64,000 nucleotides of DNA. Origin: Octopus bimaculoides. Its lineage: Eukaryota. The notes beneath the pieces are model-generated. The model made no database searches. It saw only the letters and a list, made by a program, of their open reading frames with translations, and was not told where the DNA came from. The position numbers and the translations under genes are program-made. The stretch covers positions 126,382,751-126,446,750 of the forward strand of contig NC_068984.1 of the NCBI RefSeq assembly GCF_001194135.2, given 5' to 3'. Numbering within the stretch: position 1 is the first letter of the stretch; each line of letters begins with the position of its first letter. Shown here one piece after another: positions 36,742-49,338 of the stretch.

Positions 36742-37085
36742 AAGGTGCATGGCTCAGTGGTTAGAGCATTGGGCTTACAGTCGTGAGGTTGTGAGTTTGA
36801 TTCCTGGACAGAGCTGTGAGTTATTTTTGAGCAAGGCACTTTATTCCACGTTGTTCCAGTTCACTCAGCTCTAGAAATGAGTTGTGATGTCACTGGTGCC
36901 AAGCTGTAATGGCCTTTGTCTTTCTCTTGGACAACATCAATAACATGGAGAGGGGAGACTGGTATGCATGGGCGACTGCTGGTCTTCCACAAACAACCTT
37001 GCCCAGACTTGGGTCTCAGAGAGTAACTTTCTAGGTACAGTCCCATGGTCATTTCTGACCAAAGGTGGTCTTTACTCTTTTTTAC
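36742..37085 (+). mobile_element. SINE family E
   Basis: Collinear with 15497-15836. Confidence 0.85.
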
Positions 37086-37087
37086 CC

Positions 37088-37133
<46 letters not shown>

Positions 37134-37151
37134 TATGTATATATAAATATA

Positions 37152-37187
37152 TACAGTTCTATATTTAAGAGATGAGGAATTATTTAC
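37152..37187 (-). repeat. 3' end of a family H (hammerhead) unit, running into a gap
   Basis: ATACAGTTCTATATTTAAGAGATGAGGAATTATTTAC is identical to the start of the copy at 7311. Confidence 0.85.
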
Positions 37188-39130
37188 NNNNNNNNNNNNN
37201 NNNNNNNNNNNNNNNNNNNNNNNNNNNNNNNNNNNNNNNNNNNNNNNNNNNNNNNNNNNNNNNNNNNNNNNNNNNNNNNNNNNNNNNNNNNNNNNNNNNN
37301 NNNNNNNNNNNNNNNNNNNNNNNNNNNNNNNNNNNNNNNNNNNNNNNNNNNNNNNNNNNNNNNNNNNNNNNNNNNNNNNNNNNNNNNNNNNNNNNNNNNN
37401 NNNNNNNNNNNNNNNNNNNNNNNNNNNNNNNNNNNNNNNNNNNNNNNNNNNNNNNNNNNNNNNNNNNNNNNNNNNNNNNNNNNNNNNNNNNNNNNNNNNN
37501 NNNNNNNNNNNNNNNNNNNNNNNNNNNNNNNNNNNNNNNNNNNNNNNNNNNNNNNNNNNNNNNNNNNNNNNNNNNNNNNNNNNNNNNNNNNNNNNNNNNN
37601 NNNNNNNNNNNNNNNNNNNNNNNNNNNNNNNNNNNNNNNNNNNNNNNNNNNNNNNNNNNNNNNNNNNNNNNNNNNNNNNNNNNNNNNNNNNNNNNNNNNN
37701 NNNNNNNNNNNNNNNNNNNNNNNNNNNNNNNNNNNNNNNNNNNNNNNNNNNNNNNNNNNNNNNNNNNNNNNNNNNNNNNNNNNNNNNNNNNNNNNNNNNN
37801 NNNNNNNNNNNNNNNNNNNNNNNNNNNNNNNNNNNNNNNNNNNNNNNNNNNNNNNNNNNNNNNNNNNNNNNNNNNNNNNNNNNNNNNNNNNNNNNNNNNN
37901 NNNNNNNNNNNNNNNNNNNNNNNNNNNNNNNNNNNNNNNNNNNNNNNNNNNNNNNNNNNNNNNNNNNNNNNNNNNNNNNNNNNNNNNNNNNNNNNNNNNN
38001 NNNNNNNNNNNNNNNNNNNNNNNNNNNNNNNNNNNNNNNNNNNNNNNNNNNNNNNNNNNNNNNNNNNNNNNNNNNNNNNNNNNNNNNNNNNNNNNNNNNN
38101 NNNNNNNNNNNNNNNNNNNNNNNNNNNNNNNNNNNNNNNNNNNNNNNNNNNNNNNNNNNNNNNNNNNNNNNNNNNAAGAAAGAGTTCATTGAACTTGCTG
38201 TAGGAAGTGGAAAATGCAACATTTCAGATGAAGTCCTTCTTCAAGGAAAAATTGACTGGAGAGAAATTAATGAAAGACAGCAGTGTTTTACAGCCACTAA
38301 GTTAAGAAAAAAATTTCTGCTGTCTTACATTAATTTCTCTCCTGGCAATTTTTACCCGATGAAAGACTTTGTCTGAAATGTTGCACTTTCTACCCCCTAT
38401 GTTATGTTCACTGTACTCTTTTTATTGATCTTACAAGTCTTGCCAATGAACAATGTACAAGTCTTGCTAATGCAAACCAACACCAGTCTCTTTGGAGTCC
38501 GTTTAATAATATATATACAAAGGAAAAGTGTGTGTGTGTGTGGGGGGGAGCCCTACATATTCTATTGCAAGAACATAAGCACATTTTTATTTTTCACAGA
38601 TGAGAGCAAAAGTATTCAATACACATATTATACTATATAAATATCTCGTATATGTGAAGTTACAGTTTTAATAAATATATTTTTGAGACTCTACTTTCAG
38701 AATTGAGTACTCTGTAGTTTTCCTTCTTGTTTACTTTGCAGTCTTTCTTTTCAACTGTTAACATATTTAAACAAAAAATGATTAAGGCTATTGTCAAAGT
38801 TAACTACTTTTCCATTACTTACAGTTTATCACCAAGGAAGCAATCATCAGATGGTGTATCAATTATATATCCATGAAGAAATGTGTTTCTAAAGAAATAT
38901 TGTAACTTACTTTAATACACATATTGTTTACTCTGTTTCTGATACCTGAAACACGAAAAAGTGCAGAGGTGCAAAATGTGAGAAGAAAAATATTTAAAAC
39001 ATTTATTTTTAAAAAGTATGGATACTGTCGAGTATTTGAGGAGCATTGCTTATAACTAACAAAGGAAGATATTAATCAAATTATATTTTCAGTGAATCAG
39101 TATAACAATCTCTTTTATTCATAATAATAA

Positions 39131-40073
39131 TGGTTTCAAATTTTGCCACAAGGGCAACAGTTTCGGGGGAAGGAGATGAGTCAGTTACATCAATTCCAAT
39201 GTTCAACTGGTACATATTTTATCGACCCCAAAAGGATGAAAGGTAAAGTTGACCTCGGCAGAATTTGAACTCAGTACATAGCAACTGGAGAAATACTAAG
39301 CATTTCATCCAGCGCACTAACTATTCTGCCAGCTCACCACCTTAATAATAATAGTAATAATAATAATAATAATAATCCTTTCTACTATAGGCACAAGGCC
39401 TGAAATTTTTGGGGAGGGAGATAGCTGATTACATCGACCCCAGTACAAAACTGGTGCTTATTTCATCGACCCCCAAAAGGATGAAAGGTAAAGTCACCCT
39501 CAGTGTAATTTGAACTCAGAATGTCTAGGCAGACAAAATGCTGCTAAGCATTTTGCCTGGTGTGCTAGTGAGTCTGCCAGCTAGCCACCTTAGTAGTAAT
39601 AATAATAATAATAATGATAATAATCCTTTCTACTGGAGGCACAAGGCCTCAAATTTGTGGGGAGGGGACTAGTCAATTACATCACTGGTACTTAATTTAT
39701 TAACACTGAGAGGAGGAAAGGCAAAGTCGACCTTGGTGGAATTTGAACTCAGAATGTAGCGATGGGTGAAATACTTATTTCTTTATTGCCCACAGGGGGC
39801 TAAACATAGAGGGGACAAACAAGGACAGACAAAGGGATTAAGTCAATTACATCGACCCCAGTGCGTAACTGGTACTTAATTTATTGACCCCGAAAGGATG
39901 AAAGGCAAAGTCAACCTCGGCGGAATTTGAACTCAGAACGTAGCGGCAGACGAAATACCGATAAGTATTTCGTCCAGCGTGCTAACGATTCTGCCAAACC
40001 ATCGCCCTCGATGGGTGAAATACTGCTAAGCAATTCGTCCAGCACGCTAACGATTCTGCCAGCTCGCTGCCTT
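39131..40073 (-). mobile_element. Cluster of 4 SINE family C copies, one nested
   Basis: Copies 39131-39343, 39375-39591 and 39621-40073; the last is interrupted by 39776-40008 with a 16-bp TSD. Confidence 0.85.
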
Positions 40074-40913
40074 AATAATAATAATTATTTTTTCATCTTT
40101 TTGTCACAAAGGCACTTATAATAATGATAATAATAATGATAATAATAATCTTTCTCTGGGCATGTGTTATTTGAAGGGAAATAACTCTATCTTAGCTAAA
40201 TTAGTTGTGTCTATCTGTCTGTCTGTCTGTCTTTCTGGATGTATGCCTTTTTTTCCTTCATGCGTATAGAGAGAGATGTGTTTGTGTCAGTTGGGTTCAT
40301 TTTCAATACATTCTATTTTTCTCTCTTTATATTCATTTTTGTTTTTCTTTATGTTTACCATTCAATGTTTTTCTCTTTCTCTCTCACTTTCTCCTCTCTC
40401 TTTCTGTTTGTGTATGTATCTGTGAACATCTGCCTTCAGCTTTGAAACATCTTTGCCAAAAAAGGCCATTGCCAAAACCAGTTTAGTCCAAAAATGGCTT
40501 GCAACCAAACAGCGTCATCCAATAGCCCCATCCCAATATAACCTTCTTTAAATTTAAAAGTTAATATACATGCATTCCAAATTGTAAGCCATAGTTTTGC
40601 ACCTAGGTAACCTAAATTTTGCTTAGGGACACAAACTTCAAAAATAAGGCTGTAGGCTTAATGACTTTTAAGTTTTAGATTTACGCATTTTTATGTTGTT
40701 CAGTTTGAACCATCTTTTGAATTTCTTTGATGCAACAATTCTGAGTGAATCAATACATGAAAAGTGGATTTTTTGGTATGTGTGTAGTATTGGTTGTGTA
40801 TGTGTGAGCCCAGTAAAGCTTTGACTCTTTCAGTAGTCAGTATGGTGTACTGTTTGTTTGTGTGTTTAGACTGGTGCAGTTTTGGCTCTTTGAGTAGTCA
40901 ATGTGATTTAGTG

Positions 40914-40947
<34 letters not shown>

Positions 40948-41963
40948 ATGATCAGTGATATTACGTTTGCAGTGTCAGGTAAGTGTTATTTAATATTGGC
41001 TGGTTGTCACTATGGTGTAGAGTTGACTGTATGCATATGTATATTTGTGGTCAATACCTTACAGAGTATTCTACTGTGTGTTAGCTTTGATGCAGTTTTG
41101 CCTGTGTGGTCAGTCTTTCTCTCTATGTGCAACCTATCTGTAGATTTAACTTTTTGTGTGTTCAGTGTGATTTAATGTTGGCTGTGCATGTGGTCAGCGT
41201 GACATTGTATTGACAATGTGGTCAGTTGTATGTAGTGGTTGTGTGTGTTGTCTGAGTGGCCAGTGTGATGTACTATTGTCTTTGCATGTGATCGGTCAGA
41301 AGCAGACTCAGCCATTTGGTCAATATCATGCAGGCTGCTAGTGTGGCTAGTGTAATGTAATGTTGAGTTTTTGTGTGGTCAGTTTCACACAGATTTGTCT
41401 ATGAAACAGAAGAGAAACAGTTTGTTGAGACAGTACCACCACACTGATACCTGACAATACTGAGCTTAAATCCTGCTTAGGTTAAATTGCCCTGGTGTCT
41501 ACTTAATTTCTTACCACATATAAACAATAAGGACTATCACATGTTTGCATACCCACAAGTGTAGGAGTGCTCTGTGGTGCACTCTTGTAGCAGTGCAGAA
41601 ATATAAGTGTATGACATTGTAGTTATACAGCAGTATATCAATAAAGTACAGCTGTACAATAGCACAGTTCTAAGTACAGCTGTGCAATAGTGCAGCTCTA
41701 CATGTGACAGGTAATAGTATCTGTAATTGGTGCATCTGATGCAAGTCTAACTTACAGCTGCATTAACACCTATATTTCATTGCACTTTCTCTATGCATGT
41801 GTATCTGTGCAGCTGTGAAGCATGTAACAGTGTGTGCATATGAGCAATGATTTGCGTAGTGACATGGATTAATGTGTGTGTGTGTGTGTGCATGTGTAGT
41901 AGAGGCTGTCTTGCACTATGTGCAATAATGTGTGTGTGTATTGCTATGCACTTGTCACTGTAT

Positions 41964-42004
<41 letters not shown>

Positions 42005-42463
42005 AAAGTATTACTCTGTATGTATGTGTGTGTGCATGTATTACTATATGCATGTGGTTCTATTACTGTGCACTTGTCTCTATTATTTTATGTAAGTATT
42101 ACTTAATGGTATGTGTTTGTATTACTAAGTGAACGTCTGTCTATCATTGAGTATGTGTGTGAGTATGAGAGAATATTATTATGTTTGTCTATGTGTGTGT
42201 GTGTTGTCTATGTGATTTGTGTGTGTGTTGTTTGATGTTATGTGTTTGTGCTTGTTACAGTATATATATTTGTGTGCTTACTGGTGAATGTCTATGTTTT
42301 CCTGTAAGTGTGTGTGTGCAAGGATGTATCTATGTATTAATTGTCTGTCTGTATGTTTGACTCTCTCTCTATCTCTCTCTCTTTATATATATATACAATA
42401 AGGACTATATATATATGGCTATGTATTCCTGTATTGGTATGTATGTGTTTATTATATAGTGTA

Positions 42464-42503
<40 letters not shown>

Positions 42504-42540
42504 GATAGATAGATAGAAAGATGGATAGATAGATAGATAA

Positions 42541-42571
<31 letters not shown>

Positions 42572-42589
42572 GATATGACTGTGTACTCT

Positions 42590-42720
42590 GAGGTCAACTT
42601 AGCCTTTCATCCTTTTGGGGTTGATAAAATAAGTACCAGTTGAGAACTGGGATCAATAATCCACAATTGGCTAACCCATCCCCATAAAAATTTCAGGCCT
42701 TGTGCCTATAATAGAAAAGA
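42590..42720 (+). mobile_element. SINE family C, 3' part
   Basis: GAGGTCAACTTAGCCTTTCATCC...AATTTCAGGCCTTGTGCCTATAATAGAAAAG. Confidence 0.75.
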
Positions 42721-42939
42721 TATGATTCTGTATACATGCATGTGTGTGTATTAGTATATCTATGTATTATATACAGTGTGTGTGTTTATGTATGCTGATA
42801 TGACTGTGTTCCTGTATGAGTGTGTTGGTGTGTGTGTGTGTGTATGTGTGTCTTAGTATGCATCTATATTACAGTTTGTGTGTATGTGTGTGTGTGTGTA
42901 TTTATGCGTATGTCTGATAAAATGCAGTGTCACCAAAAC

Positions 42940-43620
42940 TACCTACTCCACACCTAACACTACCTCCACAACTGCTACTGCCCTTACCACTACAATTACT
43001 ACCTCTACATCAGCTAAACTATCAACACTGAGACCACCACCACCACCGCTTCTGCCACCACCACCACCAACACCACCATCTCAAAATGTCTCCCAGCATC
43101 ACTGCTCTTGTTACCATACCAGTACCACAACCACCGTCAATCACATCACCACTGTGACACACTAACACTACTGCCACAACTCACTTGTTACAAAAGCGAT
43201 CACTACCATTTCCACCACCACCACCACCACCACCACCACTACCACCACCACCATGGCTACTATTACTGTGTTGTAACCATACCACCACCACCACCACTAC
43301 CACCTTCCATCCCCACCACAACTGCCACAACCAGTGTTCCTATGCCAACAGTGACACACCCACCACATGTGACTGTGTACACCCCACAACCCACCCACCT
43401 CTCCCTTTCTCTCTCTATACCAAATTCACTCCTCTAATTACACCCCCACCTACTTACATAATTATATTCTTACACCTCTCATCCATCTTCCCTCCTATAC
43501 ATACATACACACACACACACCTGTATTATTTAACCATGTCATTATGCAGCCTCCTTCTACAGCCACCACCATCTCTATCAACTTTTTGACCACCATTTTG
43601 TTCTGGTGACTTCCATCATG
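42940..43620. repeat. (CAC/ACC)n low-complexity tract
   Basis: Direct reading. Confidence 0.85.
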
Positions 43621-43631
43621 TGACAATTTCC

Positions 43632-43671
<40 letters not shown>

Positions 43672-43827
43672 CACTCATTTGCGTGTGACTGTATATTTCA
43701 AGATGTATGTATGTACGTATGTGTGTGCTAGGCAAGTTGACAGTAAAGAAGGACTTAACATGAAATAGATTGTACAGGAGAATTTTAAAGAAAGATCACT
43801 CAAGAAATGGAATCTTGTAACTAGCCA

Positions 43828-44300
43828 GAAGTAGTTGACAACTTCAATTACTCAGGTGACCTAATCAGTTGTGGAGATAAGTGAGTATTATGAAAACATT
43901 GTAGCCAGAGTAAGGATGGGGTGCTTAAAGTTCAGGAATATATTGACCTTATTTGCAACAAAGGTAATAGGGCTTCTCTCTTCTTATGGAAAAAGCAAAC
44001 TCTATCGCACTTGTATACAGAGTGATATTGGATGGTGGCCAGACATTGACTTTAAATGTTGAGGATGTGTGAAGGATGGGAAGAAATGAAGCAGTTATGT
44101 TCTACTGAATGTGTAATGTCAACGTGCTTTGAATGTGAATGATAGAAATAAAGGTGAGATTAAAGAAAAAATTAGGTATAAAGGGATTCAGTTGTTATAT
44201 GTGGATACTGGGTGAATGAGTACCCAAATGATTCCAATGGATGGAATCTGTGGAAGAGGAAGACCACAAAAAGCTATGGTGAAGGTTGATTGCTGGATGT
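43828..44300 (+). pseudogene. RTE-clade LINE reverse-transcriptase C-terminal remnant
   Basis: EVVDNFNYSGDLISCG, IVARVRMGCLKFR, KLYRTCIQS, GICGRGRP, with frameshifts. Confidence 0.8.
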
Positions 44301-44434
44301 GGACCTTGTCTGAGAATTCTGGGGAATCCACAGGTGGGAAGATGCTGTGTACTGGGGCAAATTTAGGTAATGTGTACCAGCACGAAAATAGACCTGCAAA
44401 TTTATGATGATGATCTCTCTCTCTCTCTCTCTTT

Positions 44435-44497
<63 letters not shown>

Positions 44498-44636
44498 GAG
44501 AATTTTTTAGTATCCAGAGGACCCAAAATGGCAGGTAAGGCTATGTAAGTGCTATGGAAAGACCATAGTTAGACTTCCGGTTTGATAATAGTATGAGTGA
44601 GGAATCTAATGTGGGTTGTGTTTGAGTATGTACATG

Positions 44637-44785
44637 TTAAATAAAATGAGACAACAAATCCAAGGCATTGTGAAATTTCTAGGACATTTATAAAGAGAAA
44701 GGTAACATCTTGTAGACTACCTTTCTCTTTATAAATGTCCTAGAAATTCCACGCTGCCTTGGATTTGTTGTCTCATTTTATTTAA
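44637..44785. repeat. 149-bp hairpin with 68-bp arms
   Basis: 44637-44704 vs 44718-44785: 3 mismatches, 13-nt spacer; (TA)n on the right. Confidence 0.95.
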
Positions 44786-44801
44786 TATATATATATATAT
44801 A

Positions 44802-44986
44802 TGACACGTAAAAGCACCCACTACACTCTCTGAGTGGTTGGCGTTAGGAAGGGCATCCAGCTGTAGAAACTCTGCCAAATCAGATTGGAGCCTGGTGTTG
44901 CCATCTGGTTTCACCAGTCCTCAGTCAAATCGTCCAACCCATGCTAGCATGGAAAGCGGACGTTAAACGATGATGATGATGATGAT
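44802..44986 (+). mobile_element. RTE-LINE 3' UTR (family B), young
   Basis: Near-identical to 5515-5718. Confidence 0.9.
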
Positions 44987-45194
44987 NNNNNNNNNNNNNN
45001 NNNNNNNNNNNNNNNNNNNNNNNNNNNNNNNNNNNNNNNNNNNNNNNNNNNNNNNNNNNNNNNNNNNNNNNNNNNNNNNNNNNNNNNNNNNNNNNNNNNN
45101 NNNNNNNNNNNNNNNNNNNNNNNNNNNNNNNNNNNNNNNNNNNNNNNNNNNNNNNNNNNNNNNNNNNNNNNNNNNNNTATATATATGTATATAT

Positions 45195-45515
45195 ATATTA
45201 AGTGGAGGGAAGTTGTGGAAAAGACCCAAGAAGTCATAGGACGAGGTATTGACAGCTGATCTCAAAATGCTGAGCATTATGAAAGTGACAGAGGACCAAA
45301 ATATGTAGTCATTGGTGTGGGTATTGGTTCCACATAAAAAGCACGCAGTAAACTATATAAAGTGATTGGCATTAGGAAGGGTGTCCAGCTGTAGAAATCA
45401 AGCCAAAACAGATTATAGGACATGGTGCTGTCCCCTGGCCTTACCAGTTCTTGTCAAGCTGTTCAACCCATGCCAGTATGGAAAATGGTCGTTAAATTTT
45501 GATGATGGTGATAAT
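45195..45515 (+). mobile_element. RTE-LINE ORF end + 3' UTR
   Basis: VEGSCG..RPKKS*DEVLTADLKML followed by family B sequence. Confidence 0.7.
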
Positions 45516-45620
45516 ATATATATATATATATATAATAAAGTAAAGTTGTGGAATACCGTACGAGTGGAAATATATATGAAAGAAGGTTTGAAAATGCACT
45601 TATTTTAAAGATATTTATTT

Positions 45621-45662
45621 ACTTAACCGGTTTCACTTTTTTAGAAAAAGATTATCAAAAGT
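45621..45662 (-). ncRNA. Degenerate type-I hammerhead motif
   Basis: ACTT-TTGATAA-T-CTTTTT-CTA-AAAAAG-T-GAAAC-CG-GT-T-AAGT: stems I and II pair, helix III is palindromic ACCGGT, core has C3>U and G8>A. Confidence 0.45.
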
Positions 45663-46822
45663 CTTTGAGAATAATAAAAAATGTTAAAAAACAGTTTGAG
45701 TATTAAAATNNNNNNNNNNNNNNNNNNNNNNNNNNNNNNNNNNNNNNNNNNNNNNNNNNNNNNNNNNNNNNNNNNNNNNNNNNNNNNNNNNNNNNNNNNN
45801 NNNNNNNNNNNNNNNNNNNNNNNNNNNNNNNNNNNNNNNNNNNNNNNNNNNNNNNNNNNNNNNNNNNNNNNNNNNNNNNNNNNNNNNNNNNNNNNNNNNN
45901 NNNNNNNNNNNNNNNNNNNNNNNNNNNNNNNNNNNNNNNNNNNNNNNNNNNNNNNNNNNNNNNNNNNNNNNNNNNNNNNNNNNNNNNNNNNNNNNNNNNN
46001 NNNNNNNNNNNNNNNNNNNNNNNNNNNNNNNNNNNNNNNNNNNNNNNNNNNNNNNNNNNNNNNNNNNNNNNNNNNNNNNNNNNNNNNNNNNNNNNNNNNN
46101 NNNNNNNNNNNNNNNNNNNNNNNNNNNNNNNNNNNNNNNNNNNNNNNNNNNNNNNNNNNNNNNNNNNNNNNNNNNNNNNNNNNNNNNNNNNNNNNNNNNN
46201 NNNNNNNNNNNNNNNNNNNNNNNNNNNNNNNNNNNNNNNNNNNNNNNNNNNNNNNNNNNNNNNNNNNNNNNNNNNNNNNNNNNNNNNNNNNNNNNNNNNN
46301 NNNNNNNNNNNNNNNNNNNNNNNNNNNNNNATGTGTGCATATGTGTGTGTATGTATGTGTGCATCTGTGTGTGTGCGTGGGAGTGTTTTGTGTGAGTGTG
46401 GGAGTGTGTGTGTACGTGAGTGTGTGTGTGTCTCTCTGTCTGAGTGAGTGTGTTGTTTTAAATACCCTTGTGGTGTGTGTGTGTGTAAGCAACCGTATGT
46501 GTGTGTGATGGTTCATATGTATGTGTATGTCTGTATGTGTGCGTATGTCTATTTGTGTTGTGTGTTGGTGGGGGTGTTATGTGACTTATCCCCTTCCCAA
46601 AATTGCTGGCCTTGTGTCGAAATTTGAAACTAATATTATATAACTAAATTTCTAGTGCAAACTCTGTACTTCTTTTCTACAAATTTACATTAACATTTAT
46701 CCCCTTACACACACACACACATGCATATTCAACTTCCACTCTTCTGTGATTGCCTGTATCTGATGGAAGTCTGCCTCAATGAACTCTGTCTAACCCATGC
46801 TGTCATGGAAAAATAGAAATTT

Positions 46823-46853
<31 letters not shown>

Positions 46854-46869
46854 ATTTTTATAAATGTGG

Positions 46870-47155
46870 CCTAGACCTTTGGTAATATACTGTACTTGAG
46901 AAGACCTTGCAAGCCAAGTGAGATCATAGTTGTGGTTGATGTTGGTGTTTTGTAACTGGTACCCATGCCAGTAGCATGTAAAAAGCTATCCCCTACATTC
47001 TTGGAGTGGTTGGCATTAGGGAGGGCATCCAGCTGTAGAAACCATGCCAAATCAGATTGGAATGTGGTGCAGCTCCCTAGCTTACCAATTTTCAGCCTAA
47101 TCATTCAACCCTTGCCAGCACAGAAAACGGACGTTAAATGATGATGATGATGATG
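46870..47155 (+). mobile_element. RTE-LINE ORF end + 3' UTR
   Basis: GTACTTGAGAAGACCTTGCAAGCCAAGTGAGATC, then family B to (GAT)n. Confidence 0.75.
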
Positions 47156-47762
47156 TTTTTATTTATAAATCATATATAGTGGCCACCAATTCAATTTCAA
47201 TCATAAACATGTTCTCATAGCAGATGTATTCCTGTAACAGGTTTGGTAGCAATTCTACTATGGGCCCTCAGCTGATGATAGATTTTGTGATAAATTTTGC
47301 AAATAATTTCATCAACACCTGCTCCAGTAACATGCACCAGTTCTGGTGCATTCATCCAAAATGAATTTTTAGCCCAGCAGATGATGAGCACATTTCTGGA
47401 CATAAAGGATAAGAGTAATCTTCTGGGTCTATAGCATTATATACACATAAATATCCTTTGTTGGTCTTCTGATTTGCAACCTTTCATTATTGATGACACA
47501 TCTGGCTTTTGAAAGTGTAGTGCAACCACAGACAATATTGGTGAGATTATCTCTGAACACTCCACTATGAAAATTTTCAATTACCTACAGTTTTTGAGCA
47601 TTATCTTTAACAATTTGCTGGTCAATTTAATTTTTTTCCCCGCTGCAAGCTTTTCTTCTTCATTATTGACCACAATTCACTTCTATTCAATATGAGACAT
47701 TCCCAATTAGTAATGCTGGTGTTCAAGAACTTAAGGTTGTTTTACTAAGGTTTTGAAATCTG

Positions 47763-47793
<31 letters not shown>

Positions 47794-48279
47794 ATTTGTA
47801 CTAGAGATGTTTATTAAGAATAATCTCCTGTGTGTAATTACTTTGGAAGCCTGAAGCTATAATTTTATCTTCAATAAATATACATATTCAATGTTCTTGC
47901 CCTCCTGCCCATTCCAACCCCACCAACACCTTTTCTGATAATACTGGTTCATTGCCCTTTGTTAAGTGTCTTCTATGTGTATACATGCATATATGCCCAC
48001 TCATGTATATGTGTATATGTGCATGTGTGCATATATATCAAGACAGAAGCGAGCACCACTGCTACCATGTAATCCAGTATAGCTTGTATCATAGTTGAGT
48101 CACCTGCGGCTAAAATGGCACACCCACTAAGAATGCCTAGTGCAATTGGTTACTAGAAGCCCAGCAAGTGAAATAGAAGACTTGTCAAGGGGCAAGTGAA
48201 CCCACTATTAGGTCATGGAGCAACATCAAATAGCAAGAAGAGAAACCAGTCAACAGATATGTTCTAAGGAGTGACAATC

Positions 48280-48490
48280 AGAAGCATAAAGTATTTCAGA
48301 TTGCAAGGCAGTGTGCTAGTGAAACTTAAGAGGTCTTTGGTGAGAAGTGTTTTTAGAATGATAGTGGCACTCTTGCCCTTGTTGATGATGAAAAAGAAAA
48401 AGGCATGGAAATGCTGATTAGCTATCAGGAGAATGTATGGGAGAAAAGTCCACTCCAAGCTGATGCTACAGAGTACCCAGCCTGTCATGT
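48280..48490 (+). pseudogene. RTE-clade LINE ORF remnant (endonuclease-RT linker)
   Basis: VFQIARQCASET*EVFGEKCF*NDSGTLALVDDEK/AWKC. Confidence 0.7.
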
Positions 48491-48953
48491 CTACTTGTAC
48501 ATCTCTTACAATGATATTTTTTTTCACTTTCAATGGACCTCTCTCAATAGCAACACATTAATGGCTTGGCTTTCTGCCAATTCATTTGAGAGAACAAGAG
48601 TGACCCACATGTTCATGAAATGAAATAAATTAAAGCAAATCTGCCATTTGCACATACAAAGTTTCCATATGGAAGAGAATCAGTGTTGTTGATGCATGAT
48701 CTTGCACAATGTCCACTACCTGATAACTGAAATTTCTGAAACTGAAATTTTTACCGAATAACATATTAAAAATGCAACATTCTTAATACAAAATATTCAG
48801 ACTGTTTTATCCCAACTAATACAAGAGTTATGTGGTAACTGAAATTTGAAAGTTAATTCAAGTATATAGGGCCCTTAAAAGATTTGAGTGGAAGAAACAT
48901 TGTGTGTATGTCTATGTATGTATGTATGTATTTATTCGTTTACTATTTATAAA

Positions 48954-49338
48954 TGCTGGAGGTGCAATGGCCCAGTGGCTAGGGCAGCGGACTCACGGTC
49001 GTGGGATCACAGTTTCGATTCTGAGACTGGGTGTTGTGAGTGTTTATTGAGCAAAAACACCTAAAGCTCCACAAGGCTCCAGCAGGAGGTGGTGGTGAAC
49101 CCTGCTGTACTTTTTCACCACAACTTTCTCTTACTCTTTCCTCCTGTTTCTGTTGTACCTGTATTTCAAAGGGCCAGCCTTGTCACACACTGTGTCATGC
49201 TGAATCTCCCCGAGAACTATGTTAAGGGTACGTGTGTCTGTGAAGTGCTCAGCCACTTACACATCAATTTCATGAGCAGGCTGTTCCGTTGATCGGCTCA
49301 ACTGGAACCCTTGTTGTCGTAACTGACAGAGTGCCATG
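48954..49338 (+). mobile_element. tRNA-derived SINE family D, full length, 9-bp TSD
   Basis: A box TGGCCCAGTGGCTAGG, B box GTTTCGATTC; ATTTATAAA at 48945-48953 and 49339-49347. Confidence 0.85.

Noticed and set aside
38812-38860. CTGATGA...TAAAC-T-GT-A on the minus strand as another hammerhead
   Set aside because: G12 is missing and neither stem I nor stem II pairs convincingly.
41600-41830. GTACAGCTGT repeats as helix-III palindromes
   Set aside because: They belong to a local degenerate tandem repeat with no GAAA or CUGANGA.
42878-43589. Pro/His/Thr-rich ORFs in three frames
   Set aside because: (CAC)n low complexity keeps all frames open; no splice or domain support.
47284-47330. CTGATGA heptamers here and at 1177 and 14543
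   Set aside because: No correctly placed GAAA or stems; expected by chance.
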